Both the position numbers and the translations under genes were made by a program. A stretch of DNA of 64,000 bases, taken from positions 32,541 through 96,540 of the forward strand of contig JASMHM010000001.1 of the NCBI GenBank assembly GCA_030750765.1. The letters are read 5' to 3'. How positions within the stretch are numbered: position 1 is the first letter of the stretch; each line of letters opens with the position of its first letter. Under the pieces are notes generated by a model. It did not search any database, was not told the origin of the DNA, and worked only from the letters and a program-made list of their open reading frames with translations. This document shows positions 24,614 to 33,150 of the stretch, in pieces. This stretch comes from Candidatus Woesearchaeota archaeon. GTDB taxonomy: Archaea > Nanobdellota > Nanobdellia > Woesearchaeales > ARS49.

Positions 24614-26079
24614 CGAACCTCAACACCATTCTTGTACACTGCCAACGCATACTTCATCTTGTCCTTGCTCATGGCGTAGATGGTGAGTAAAGGCTGGCCT
24701 TTAGTGATTTTATCTCCTCTATGAACGTGCAGGTCTACGCCGCTGCACGCGTCTAGCGGTGCGCCGGCTATCTTAGCAATACGTGCGATGACTTGGTTAT
24801 CTATACTTCTCACGCTGCCACTTCTTGTTGCTTTGATGGTTTGCTTGTTGTCACACAAGAAGATCGTTCGAGGAAGCTTGCCTCCTTGTGCCCTTACCAT
24901 TTGATCAAACTTCTTGAGTGCTCTTCCCGAAGTGAGTATCTCTTCTGCAAGACAGGTTCCTTCTCCTTTTTTGGCTTTGCCAAGCATCTCTAGTAAGTGC
25001 CCTGCCATGACTAGGCTTTTGTCTCGTAAGTCTTTTGGCGCGTTATCCTGATTGCGCAACACGCGAAGGATGTCTCTCATTTCTAGCCTACACCCTATTC
25101 CGTTGCCTATGGGTTGGGAGCCATCCGTCACCGCGACTTTGAGTTGGATACCAAGATGTTTGGCCAACGTTCCAAAGTGTTGTTGCAGGTGTGTTGCCTC
25201 GTGTCTTGAGGCTTTTGCTCCTTTGCCTACAGGAATTTCTAACAGTAAGTGTGTCGCACCTACGCTTGCTTTCTTTGCCATGATAGACGCGAGCATCTGT
25301 CCCTCAGCGTCGATGTTCAAAGGATTCTCTATACGTATGATTCTGTCATCGGCAGGTGCTAGTTGGACTGCGCCGCCCCACACCAGGCACCCTTTTGTTT
25401 TACGAACCACCTTTTGTAGTTGCTCAAAGGAGAGGTCTACCTTGCACACGACCTCCATGGTGTCTGCAGTCCCTGCTGGGCTCGTGATGGCTCGACTGCT
25501 GGTTTTCGGGAACCAAACGCCGGTTGCTGCGACAATAGATACCACGATGGGTGTTGTTCGGTTACCCGGCACTCCCCCTATTGAATGGAAGTCTGCTACC
25601 TTGCCTGGGAGTCTGAGTCTATGACCTGTCTCGATCATAGCTTTCGTAAGTTCCAAAACTTCTCTTTCGCTTAGGCCTGCAGTATAATTAGCTAGAACGA
25701 ATGTGGTTAGTTCTATCAGGCTTAACCGATTATCCACGATGTCTTTTATGATTTCTTTGAATTCATGAAAGCTGAGGGCCTGCCCTTCTAATTTTTTCAT
25801 GATGAACGCAACGCTTTTGGGCTTTTCTGCTAGTTGCACATCCACTTTATCTTTGGCGCGTAGTTCCTCTGCTACCTCTTCGAACAATCCCACATATCCT
25901 GGCCTTACCGTGCTGGGACCTTCTGCGATGTCTAGGATGGCTATGGCTTTCTTACTCCCGCTGGAAAGTTCGATTCTGTCCATGGCATGCGCGCCTATGC
26001 ATTCTGCGTCTTGCTTGTGCATGACCACGACTAATCCTCCGCCTGCTCTCAAGTGCAGGTTTTTGGTGGAAAACTTCAT
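24610..26079 (-). CDS. deoA: AMP phosphorylase (archaeal DeoA, thymidine-phosphorylase family with N-terminal extension)
   Basis: DFHSIGGVPGNRTTPIVVSIVAATG..PKTSSRAITSPAGTADTMEV and LVWGGAVQLAPADD. About 489 aa, collinear with Thermococcus AMP phosphorylase. Confidence 0.85.
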   Translation of the reverse strand: MKFSTKNLHLRAGGGLVVVMHKQDAECIGAHAMDRIELSSGSKKAIAILDIAEGPSTVRPGYVGLFEEVAEELRAKDKVDVQLAEKPKSVAFIMKKLEGQALSFHEFKEIIKDIVDNRLSLIELTTFVLANYTAGLSEREVLELTKAMIETGHRLRLPGKVADFHSIGGVPGNRTTPIVVSIVAATGVWFPKTSSRAITSPAGTADTMEVVCKVDLSFEQLQKVVRKTKGCLVWGGAVQLAPADDRIIRIENPLNIDAEGQMLASIMAKKASVGATHLLLEIPVGKGAKASRHEATHLQQHFGTLAKHLGIQLKVAVTDGSQPIGNGIGCRLEMRDILRVLRNQDNAPKDLRDKSLVMAGHLLEMLGKAKKGEGTCLAEEILTSGRALKKFDQMVRAQGGKLPRTIFLCDNKQTIKATRSGSVRSIDNQVIARIAKIAGAPLDACSGVDLHVHRGDKITKGQPLLTIYAMSKDKMKYALAVYKNGVEVR

Positions 26080-27182
26080 ATTCTGTGTACCTCGTGTTCT
26101 TTGCGGTAGATGTCAAAGAAGGTTTTGAACATGCTGAGGACGATGGGGCCAAGAACAAAGCCAATAGGTCCGAAGACCATGACTCCTCCTACGACACCTA
26201 ATACGACGAGTAGCGTGGGTATCTTTGCGGTGCTCCCTACTAACAAGGGCCTTAGAACGTTCTCCACGCCGCTAATTACCACAATACCATAAATGAATAG
26301 TCCTAATCCTTGCCACATGAGTGGGCTGCTGGTTAATAACTGTCCTCGGAGTATGAGTATGCTGCTGGCTGGCAACCAGACAATCCACGACCCGATAAAG
26401 GGAATGAAGGCAAAGAAGGCTAGCACGATGCTCCAGAATACCGGGTTGGGTACGCCAAAGATCCAGAATCCTATCAACGCTAGTAATGCTTGGGCGAGAG
26501 CGATGGCTAACGTTCCATATACAACGGCCATCAGCGTATTTTGTAGTTGGGAAGCTATGAGTTCTTGGTGATGCTTTTCGATAGGAAGTGCGTGCTTGAG
26601 TTGCCGCACCAGGATGTGCCCATCTCGTAGCAGGTAGAACATGCTAAACACCATCACGAACCAGAACACGATCAGTTTTGGCAGCGCAAACACCAACCCT
26701 TGCAGGGTTCCGGTGATCTTTCCCACCAACTCGCGCAACAAGGATCCTAGGCTGGCCTTGACTTCTGGGTTGGCTAATAACTTATTGAACGCGCCTACTG
26801 GCTTGCATGCAGGATTGTCTACACACCCTACGAGGAAGATGTCTTCTTCGATGATGGCTTGTTTGGCGTGGCCATACAGATCTCCAATCTCTCCTAGCAA
26901 AGAGTTTGCAAAGAAAAACATAGGCATCATGAGTGCGAACACGACGAGAAAACTGCACACAAACGCGGAAAAGTTTTCACGTTTCGTCTTTTCTCTAACC
27001 CTTCTGAACAAAGGATACACAACGTAGGCTGCCACACCTCCCATGATCAATGCGTTCAGTACAGGTCTAACAATGATCAAGCTGAAGTATAAGAGAACGA
27101 CCAGCACGATGAGAAAAAACCATCGGGCTCGTGTGAGGAAAGGATCAGACTTAGAAACGCTTGTTTTGTGTTTACGGACCAC
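26076..27182 (-). CDS. AI-2E family (PerM/UPF0118) transporter
   Basis: 368 aa, 7-8 TM spans. FYLLRDG and GVPNPVFWSIVLAFFAFIPFIGSWIVWLP are typical of PF01594. Confidence 0.85.
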   Translation of the reverse strand: MVRKHKTSVSKSDPFLTRARWFFLIVLVVLLYFSLIIVRPVLNALIMGGVAAYVVYPLFRRVREKTKRENFSAFVCSFLVVFALMMPMFFFANSLLGEIGDLYGHAKQAIIEEDIFLVGCVDNPACKPVGAFNKLLANPEVKASLGSLLRELVGKITGTLQGLVFALPKLIVFWFVMVFSMFYLLRDGHILVRQLKHALPIEKHHQELIASQLQNTLMAVVYGTLAIALAQALLALIGFWIFGVPNPVFWSIVLAFFAFIPFIGSWIVWLPASSILILRGQLLTSSPLMWQGLGLFIYGIVVISGVENVLRPLLVGSTAKIPTLLVVLGVVGGVMVFGPIGFVLGPIVLSMFKTFFDIYRKEHEVHRI

Positions 27183-28062
27183 GCCTGGCCCTCCTTACCA
27201 CCCCTGGATGCCATCCTGCTGAAAGTAATTGTTGTTGTAGTATTTCATGGTCTTCTGCTCGCATGAACAAGGATCGTAAGTACGGCACATATTGTTGTTG
27301 TGTTGCCGCCGCAGGAGGAATGTCATCATTTTGTGGGGTGTCTTGGAAGCGTCTGCTGATGCTGTAGAAAGACATCACACCTATCAACCCTAATGTGCTG
27401 AAGAAGAGGAAGAACGCGTAGGCTGCTGTCTCTTCTTGGTCGATGGGGGTGTCAGGAATAACCTCGACCGCTTGGATGGTTAACCCTTGGATCTTGCTCT
27501 CTCGAGTCACCAATTCGGTTCTTGCTTTTTTTACCTGGTCTAATTCTTGTCTCATATCCTCAAGCATGGACTCGTAGCTTTGCTGCATGGCTTGCACTGC
27601 TTGTGCGCTGCAATCGTCAGGACAGGTGGTCACGCTTTCGAACTCGTCACACTTGCCGTTTCTGTTACACACCTCTATACAATTACCTATTCTTTCGCAA
27701 CTGTACTCATCCTGCCAAGAAGGACCTCTCACCCACCCAAACGGACACTTGATGTCTGGGTCGATAAAGCAGTTGTTTCCCATGATGCTACAATCGTAAG
27801 GACACGTTAAGGGCGTCTCGCCATACTCGCACCAGTGATTGAAGCATTTGGGTTGGGGTTGGCAATCTTTTGTGCACAATTCTTCTCTTTCACCCTCGTC
27901 ACAAAAGCCGTTGTTGTTGCACACCACGTCAGGAACATGATAGATACCGCCTTCAATGCCAGGAACGTCTCCTCCCATCTTGGTACCCCAACCGTAGGGA
28001 GTTAGGGCCATTGCTGCAGTGGCTACCACGAGAAATACTAGTAAGTAGCTTAATCGCCTCAT
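27172..28062 (-). CDS. Secreted Cys-rich protein with three CxxxGxC(D/E)xxE....CxxDC modules, a coiled coil and a C-terminal TM segment
   Basis: I chose the start at M6 (MRRLSYLLVFLVVATAAMA), which has TATA catttaaatagc 28 nt upstream. The modules are CNNNGFCDEGEREELCTKDC, CFNHWCEYGETPLTCPYDC and CNRNGKCDEFESVTTCPDDC. Confidence 0.6.
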   Translation of the reverse strand: MRRLSYLLVFLVVATAAMALTPYGWGTKMGGDVPGIEGGIYHVPDVVCNNNGFCDEGEREELCTKDCQPQPKCFNHWCEYGETPLTCPYDCSIMGNNCFIDPDIKCPFGWVRGPSWQDEYSCERIGNCIEVCNRNGKCDEFESVTTCPDDCSAQAVQAMQQSYESMLEDMRQELDQVKKARTELVTRESKIQGLTIQAVEVIPDTPIDQEETAAYAFFLFFSTLGLIGVMSFYSISRRFQDTPQNDDIPPAAATQQQYVPYLRSLFMRAEDHEILQQQLLSAGWHPGVVRRARRGP

Positions 28063-28099
28063 GCAGAAATCGCGCACGTATTGCTATTTAAATGTACCG

Positions 28100-28522
28100 T
28101 TAGACTTCAATAAGGTCGGTTAGCTCTTTTTGCATCCACTCAGGAGGAGCCATGGTGACGCTGCTCACCCAACCTTGCACTTCTGCCGCAATGCTTCTTG
28201 CACACGCGTCTGTGAGGGCTTCTATCCTCGGCTGGAGTGGGCGCATCAACGCAGAAGTGAGTTTCTCATGGGAGGAGTTTGCTGGAAGAAAGTAACTAAA
28301 AAAGTTGTACAGGACCACCCAAGATACATTGTTGTCGTCCACAACTGCACGCTTGAGTCCCCTCCTATACGCAACGTTTACCTCTCCCTTTATCGCCAGC
28401 TGCCAAGGGCCCAGATCGTCAAAGGAATCCCGTTCTAATGGTTCTAAGACCATGGTTCCCTGGTACGTACCCACTTTCCTAACTTGGGGTTTCGATTCAT
28501 CTGACGGAAATCTGTCCTGCAA
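28100..28522 (-). CDS. Hypothetical protein
   Basis: 140-aa ORF (TTG start per the track). Confidence 0.5.
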   Translation of the reverse strand: MQDRFPSDESKPQVRKVGTYQGTMVLEPLERDSFDDLGPWQLAIKGEVNVAYRRGLKRAVVDDNNVSWVVLYNFFSYFLPANSSHEKLTSALMRPLQPRIEALTDACARSIAAEVQGWVSSVTMAPPEWMQKELTDLIEV

Positions 28523-28570
28523 TACCCTCTCTTATACCTAGCTCACTACCATAAAAATGTTACCACCAGT

Positions 28571-28578
28571 TTTATAAA
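28571..28578 (+). promoter_or_regulatory. TATA box for tRNA-Val
   Basis: cagttttataaagc, about 29 nt upstream of tRNA position 1. Confidence 0.5.
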
Positions 28579-28603
28579 GCTGCTTTCATCTATGAATACT
28601 TAC

Positions 28604-28675
28604 GGGCCCGTGGTCTAGTGGCATGACGCATCCTTGACTTGGATGAGGTCGCCAGTTCGAATCTGGTCGGGCCCA
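28604..28675 (+). tRNA. tRNA-Val (anticodon GAC)
   Basis: Acceptor GGGCCCG/CGGGCCC plus A, D loop AGTGG, anticodon arm CATCC-TTGACTT-GGATG, T loop TTCGAAT. Confidence 0.9.
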
Positions 28676-28723
28676 CTCACTCTTTCGCATAGTTTATTAT
28701 ATTACTTCAACTTACTCCCCGTC

Positions 28724-28969
28724 ATGGAAATTGACACAGAAGGTCATTATGCCACAGAAGTAAGAACCTTCATCAACCAATTAAACAAAGGAATATCCTT
28801 AGTAAAATCAATGAAGCCAGGAAGCAAAGCCATAGCTACTGCGCACAAACAAGCCATCGACGCACAACTGGCAAGAGTCAAAACGGCGGTGGATGGCGTT
28901 CTCAAAGCACAACAGGCGCTGCTTAATGATAACAGAAAGATGGTTAACGAAGAGTTTCCCGACAAGTAA
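28724..28969 (+). CDS. Hypothetical small helical protein
   Basis: I chose the start at M31 (MEIDTEGHY) because the first 30 track codons overlap tRNA-Val. TATA agtttattatatt lies about 26 nt upstream. Confidence 0.5.
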   Translation: MEIDTEGHYATEVRTFINQLNKGISLVKSMKPGSKAIATAHKQAIDAQLARVKTAVDGVLKAQQALLNDNRKMVNEEFPDK

Positions 28970-29042
28970 GCACACACAGAACTTTCTCAAACCAAAAGTT
29001 ATTTAAATAAGGTAATGTGACAAACAAAAAAAGAGGTGTAGC

Positions 29043-29717
29043 ATGAAAAAAGGAGCACTAGAACTGTCAATAACTGCCATCGTTGTTCTTATTATCGCCA
29101 TAACCGTTCTCGGATTTTCCATATTCTTCATCAAGAGCTTGTTCGGAACAGGACAAGAGATTCTCGAGGGAGAGATTACAAAAGTTAAAGACAAACTCAA
29201 AGACGACTTCGCCTCTGAAGGAAAAAGTGTCGGCATCAATGTTGGCACAGACATCAGATTAGCAAGTGGTAAACCCAAACAAGTTTTCATCGGTATCAAA
29301 AATTCTGAAGCAAAAAGAGTGTGTTATGGCATACGGCTGCAATGTTTAGGCAGCACTGGTGAGACGACCAGCTGTCAGACGGAGATTCCACCACCAAGCA
29401 ACGTTGTAGGTGGCTTATTGCCAGACGAAGTCTGGTTCCAGAAGTTGTTCGCCTCCATCGCCTTAGAGCCAAACGACGTGGCAGTGCTACCAACAAACAT
29501 CCAAATACCTACAAAATACGGCAAGGAAACCTTCAACATGCGACTAGAAGTGGCAAAAGAGGTTACCGGTCCTGACGACCCACCAGGCGGCACACAAAAC
29601 GCCTTGGATGGACTATGCCAAGACTTAGAAAGCGACTATCTTGACGCTCTCGACGGAAGCACAGACGGCATCGCAGAGGTACACGCTACCTTACCATTCT
29701 TCATAACGGTAGAATAA
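29043..29717 (+). CDS. Archaeal type IV pilin-like protein (class III signal peptide)
   Basis: MKKG/ALELSITAIVVLIIAITVLGF is a short basic N-terminus ending in G, then about 20 hydrophobic residues. GAGGTG lies 7 nt upstream of the ATG. Confidence 0.6.
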   Translation: MKKGALELSITAIVVLIIAITVLGFSIFFIKSLFGTGQEILEGEITKVKDKLKDDFASEGKSVGINVGTDIRLASGKPKQVFIGIKNSEAKRVCYGIRLQCLGSTGETTSCQTEIPPPSNVVGGLLPDEVWFQKLFASIALEPNDVAVLPTNIQIPTKYGKETFNMRLEVAKEVTGPDDPPGGTQNALDGLCQDLESDYLDALDGSTDGIAEVHATLPFFITVE

Positions 29718-29945
29718 ATGGCAAAAAAACTACGTAAGCGGGTGCTCACAGAGCACGAAGAGTTCAAAGTGATGGGTATGGTTCTAGACAAGTTCCTATG
29801 GATAGGAGCAGCCTTCATGGGCTGGGGACTATACGTAAGCATCAGCAGCAACTTCAATGACGCCATTCAGTTCTTGGTAGCAGGTACTGCAATACTTGCC
29901 ATCTTCTCTTGGATAGTGTTGAAAGAGTTCGAACACCTACGATAA
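29718..29945 (+). CDS. Small two-TM membrane protein
   Basis: 75 aa. It starts 1 nt after the pilin stop. Confidence 0.5.
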   Translation: MAKKLRKRVLTEHEEFKVMGMVLDKFLWIGAAFMGWGLYVSISSNFNDAIQFLVAGTAILAIFSWIVLKEFEHLR

Positions 29946-29977
29946 GCTTAAATACGAGTTAGTCCGCGCTTGAAACT

Positions 29978-30571
29978 ATGAGAAAAGGTGTAGAAATAAG
30001 CATTACCTTTGCTGTTATTCTCATCATGACCATTCTCGTTCTAGGACTGAGCTTGATCTTCTTACGCAACGTCTTTACTGGTGCGAACGAAATCCAACAA
30101 GGACTTGAACGACAGACAGAGGCAGAGATCGAAAAGCTCATCGAGGAGGAAGGAGCACTCGTCGCTATTCCCTTCTCTTCCGCAACCTTAGAGTTTGGGG
30201 AAAGAAAGTTGTTCGGCATAGGGATTAGGAACGTATTACCCCAAAAGCAACACTTCCAAGTCACTGTGCAGTATGATACTGCTCTGATTAATGGGGAACT
30301 ACGCACAGGAGACGCCCAAGAACTACAAGAACGATGGGTTGGCGCCTTAGCCAGACAGGTTGTTGAGGTGGACAAGCGAGATCATGTAGCCACCAAGGTA
30401 TACCTCAAAGCACCGTCAGGAATCAGTCGAGGACTTTACTACTTCAACGTCTGCGTAACCTTAGTACCCGACAGCGACGTCGACGAAGGATTTGACTGTT
30501 CCTTAATAGTAGACAGCTTACCAGACGGTTTGTACTCTGACAAGATGTACCAAGTAGAAGCTAAGATTTGA
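29978..30571 (+). CDS. Archaeal type IV pilin-like protein (class III signal peptide)
   Basis: MRKG/VEISITFAVILIMTILVLGLSLIFL. TATA cttaaatac lies 27 nt upstream. Confidence 0.6.
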   Translation: MRKGVEISITFAVILIMTILVLGLSLIFLRNVFTGANEIQQGLERQTEAEIEKLIEEEGALVAIPFSSATLEFGERKLFGIGIRNVLPQKQHFQVTVQYDTALINGELRTGDAQELQERWVGALARQVVEVDKRDHVATKVYLKAPSGISRGLYYFNVCVTLVPDSDVDEGFDCSLIVDSLPDGLYSDKMYQVEAKI

Positions 30572-30608
30572 GCAACATGTTTTTAAGGCTGTGTGATATC
30601 TCACTAAC

Positions 30609-30887
30609 ATGACCGTAGATATTCCTGCACTGAAAAGAATACCTTCTTTGAGCGACGAGAATGTTTACCTTGTGTATGGGAACAACCCCGATGGCTCCTT
30701 TAGAGTGGCTGTATACGTGGAGCGTAGCCAGTTTCAGATCGTTCCCGACCTACACGTTGAAGAGGGAGATCTTGAAAAGCTAGCCGATGATAAGTTTGCT
30801 GAGATGCTTGAAGAGATCGGGTCCGAATATCATATTGTCCCCATTGTTTTCAGGTTGCATTACGCAAAGCATTTAGTCTTACGGTAA
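30609..30887 (+). CDS. Hypothetical protein
   Basis: 92-aa ORF. A TATA-like tgtttttaagg lies about 25 nt upstream. Confidence 0.5.
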   Translation: MTVDIPALKRIPSLSDENVYLVYGNNPDGSFRVAVYVERSQFQIVPDLHVEEGDLEKLADDKFAEMLEEIGSEYHIVPIVFRLHYAKHLVLR

Positions 30888-30907
30888 GTGGATTCTTTTC
30901 AAGATAG

Positions 30908-31558
30908 TTACTTTGCAAACCCTTGCGCAAGCTTTTCTAACATTTTTTCTTGGCTGCCTAAGACTACTGCGCTAGCCACTAGTATCCCTTGGGCACCCAA
31001 AGAAAGAGCAATTTCGACGTCTTTCCTATAACTAATACCTGCACCACACAATACTGGAAGAGGTAAACTAACGCTATTCGTGATCACGCTAGGCTTTGCC
31101 TTAGAGACGCTCACCCCTGTACCTATCAACGCTGGAGGCTCTACTGCGATGGCAGAAGGTTTTAGGGTGGCTAATTTCTTTGCTGCAGACGGTGTAGCAG
31201 CGCATAGCACAACAGGCAGCTTCATTTTCTTGCACACCCTGATGGTTTCCTTAAGTTTAGCAAAAGGTAGTTGGCGTTCTGCATGGTTGAGCAAGGTTCC
31301 TTTAGCTCCCGACGCAATAACGCTCTCGATCTCGATATTTCCTGTATGCGCTCCTGGTTCTACGTCAACATGCTGGGCAAACACCGGCAAAGAGGTATTG
31401 TCAGCAACATGCGCTATGTCTGCAGCCTGCACACACAAAATAATCTTCACTCCTGTGCGCTTTGCAACACGCTCAGCCCTCTTAGCAAAACGCACCGCAT
31501 TCTTACCAACTGCTTGCGGATAGGCCTTGCAGTTCACCAAAAATGCCGGAAAGCGCAT
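30908..31558 (-). CDS. tpiA: Triosephosphate isomerase, archaeal type
   Basis: VNCKAY, PVFAQHVD..PGAHTG, GTLLNHAE, AVEPPALIGTG.SVSKAKP and VLCGAGIS are collinear with Pyrococcus TIM. 216 aa. Confidence 0.85.
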   Translation of the reverse strand: MRFPAFLVNCKAYPQAVGKNAVRFAKRAERVAKRTGVKIILCVQAADIAHVADNTSLPVFAQHVDVEPGAHTGNIEIESVIASGAKGTLLNHAERQLPFAKLKETIRVCKKMKLPVVLCAATPSAAKKLATLKPSAIAVEPPALIGTGVSVSKAKPSVITNSVSLPLPVLCGAGISYRKDVEIALSLGAQGILVASAVVLGSQEKMLEKLAQGFAK

Positions 31559-31668
31559 ACCTGCTTGCCACCATCAAAGTTATAAAAAACCTCTGGTGCA
31601 ACCAAAGAAAACAAAATATAAATTATCCAAACTAAACATTTTTATACAGGAACACTCTGACACCACCT

Positions 31669-32010
31669 ATGAGGGGAATCATCATAGTTTTGTTGGTGCT
31701 GACCATGGCTGCAGCAGCCGCAGCAAGCCACAGAAGCATTGAGATAGAACGCATTAGCTTCCTTGGAGGCCCGACGGACGACATCCAACCCGTCTTTCTT
31801 GGCGTAAACGATGGAAACCACCTCACCGCTTGGGTTTCTATACCTGAGCTAGGCATCAAAGGTCCTGAAAGAGACATTGTTAAGGGTAACGCCATCACGT
31901 TCCTGCCCGTCAGTGACGTAGCACCCGGCGAGTACGTAGTGATGATCAAAGTGAAGGACAAAAGAAGCGGCAAGCAACGCAGAAAGTTTCGGTTTATAAC
32001 CCTGGGCTAA
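31669..32010 (+). CDS. Small exported protein
   Basis: 113 aa, N-terminus MRGIIIVLLVLTMAAAAAAS. TATA catttttatac lies 26 nt upstream. Confidence 0.55.
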   Translation: MRGIIIVLLVLTMAAAAAASHRSIEIERISFLGGPTDDIQPVFLGVNDGNHLTAWVSIPELGIKGPERDIVKGNAITFLPVSDVAPGEYVVMIKVKDKRSGKQRRKFRFITLG

Positions 32011-32088
32011 TGTCGCTATCGTTCGGGGACAGCGATAACTATTTAAGTTAACCCCTTACATCGATTTTTAAACCTTTCGCCCAAAAAA

Positions 32089-33012
32089 ATGCATTATATC
32101 AAAAAATGCCCGGAATGCAACAGCATTAACATGTTTTCTAACCGTGAGAAAGGCGAAGTCATCTGCAAAGATTGTGGTCTTGTCGTCGAGGATCGTATGG
32201 TAGACACGACGCAAGAATGGCGAGAGTTCGAATCTGACGGAGCAGGCGCTCCAAGCGGAAGAAGAACCGGTGCACCCATGACCTACACCCAATACGATCA
32301 AGGTCTTGGTACCGAAGTCGGACAAAAAGCAGACTTATTCAAACTATCAAGCAAAGAACGCAACACCATATTCAGATTACGCAAATGGCAATACAGAATC
32401 AGCACTGCGATCGAGAGAAATCTAAAACTAGCACTATCAGAATTGAAGCGAGTCAGCTCCTTCCTCAAACTACCCAAGTCGGTGGAAGAGGAAGCAGCCA
32501 TGGTCTACACCCAAGCCGTCCAAAGAGGATTAGTAAGAGGACGAAGCATGGAAAGTGTTGTTGCAGGAGCATTGTACGCAGCATGCAGAAGACATGAGGT
32601 GCCAAGAACTCTCGACGAGCTTTCCGAGGCTAGCGGAATTGAAAAGAAGGAGATAGGTAGAACATACCGCTTCATAACAAGAGAACTAGGCATCAGCATC
32701 ATGCCTTCTAATCCTGCAGACTACATCGCACGCTTTGCCAGTTCCTTAAAGTTAGGACCTGAGACACAAAGTAAGGCTGTAGAAATTTTGGAAGCAGCAC
32801 AAAATGCTGAACTAACATCTGGAAGAGGTCCTACAGGCATCGCAGCCGCAGCATTGTACGTTGCAGCACTGACGCGCGGTGAAAAGAAAACCCAAAGAGA
32901 GGTTGCGGATGTTGCCGGCATCACAGAAGTCACCATCAGAAATAGATACAAAGAACTCTTAGAAAAATTAAAGTTAGGCAAGCAAATTAAGAAACCAAAA
33001 AAGAAAAAATAG
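32089..33012 (+). CDS. tfb: Transcription initiation factor IIB (TFB)
   Basis: N-terminal zinc ribbon CPECNS...CKDCGLV, B-reader/linker, and two cyclin-fold repeats (GRSMESVVAGALYAACR, GRGPTGIAAAALYVAA). Confidence 0.95.
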   Translation: MHYIKKCPECNSINMFSNREKGEVICKDCGLVVEDRMVDTTQEWREFESDGAGAPSGRRTGAPMTYTQYDQGLGTEVGQKADLFKLSSKERNTIFRLRKWQYRISTAIERNLKLALSELKRVSSFLKLPKSVEEEAAMVYTQAVQRGLVRGRSMESVVAGALYAACRRHEVPRTLDELSEASGIEKKEIGRTYRFITRELGISIMPSNPADYIARFASSLKLGPETQSKAVEILEAAQNAELTSGRGPTGIAAAALYVAALTRGEKKTQREVADVAGITEVTIRNRYKELLEKLKLGKQIKKPKKKK

Positions 33013-33150
33013 TTGTCACTTTTTCTCAAATATGTGCGTTACCACCACAAGTTTGTACCGTCCTTATTCCGTAACAACTTGAAAACGCTATTCTCGTCGA
33101 AACGCTTATAAACACGAACGTCGAAATTCCACTGTTTTGCGAGGGGTACA

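Noticed and set aside
24793-27027. + strand ORFs inside deoA and the AI-2E transporter gene
   Set aside because: They are shadow ORFs antisense to well-supported genes.
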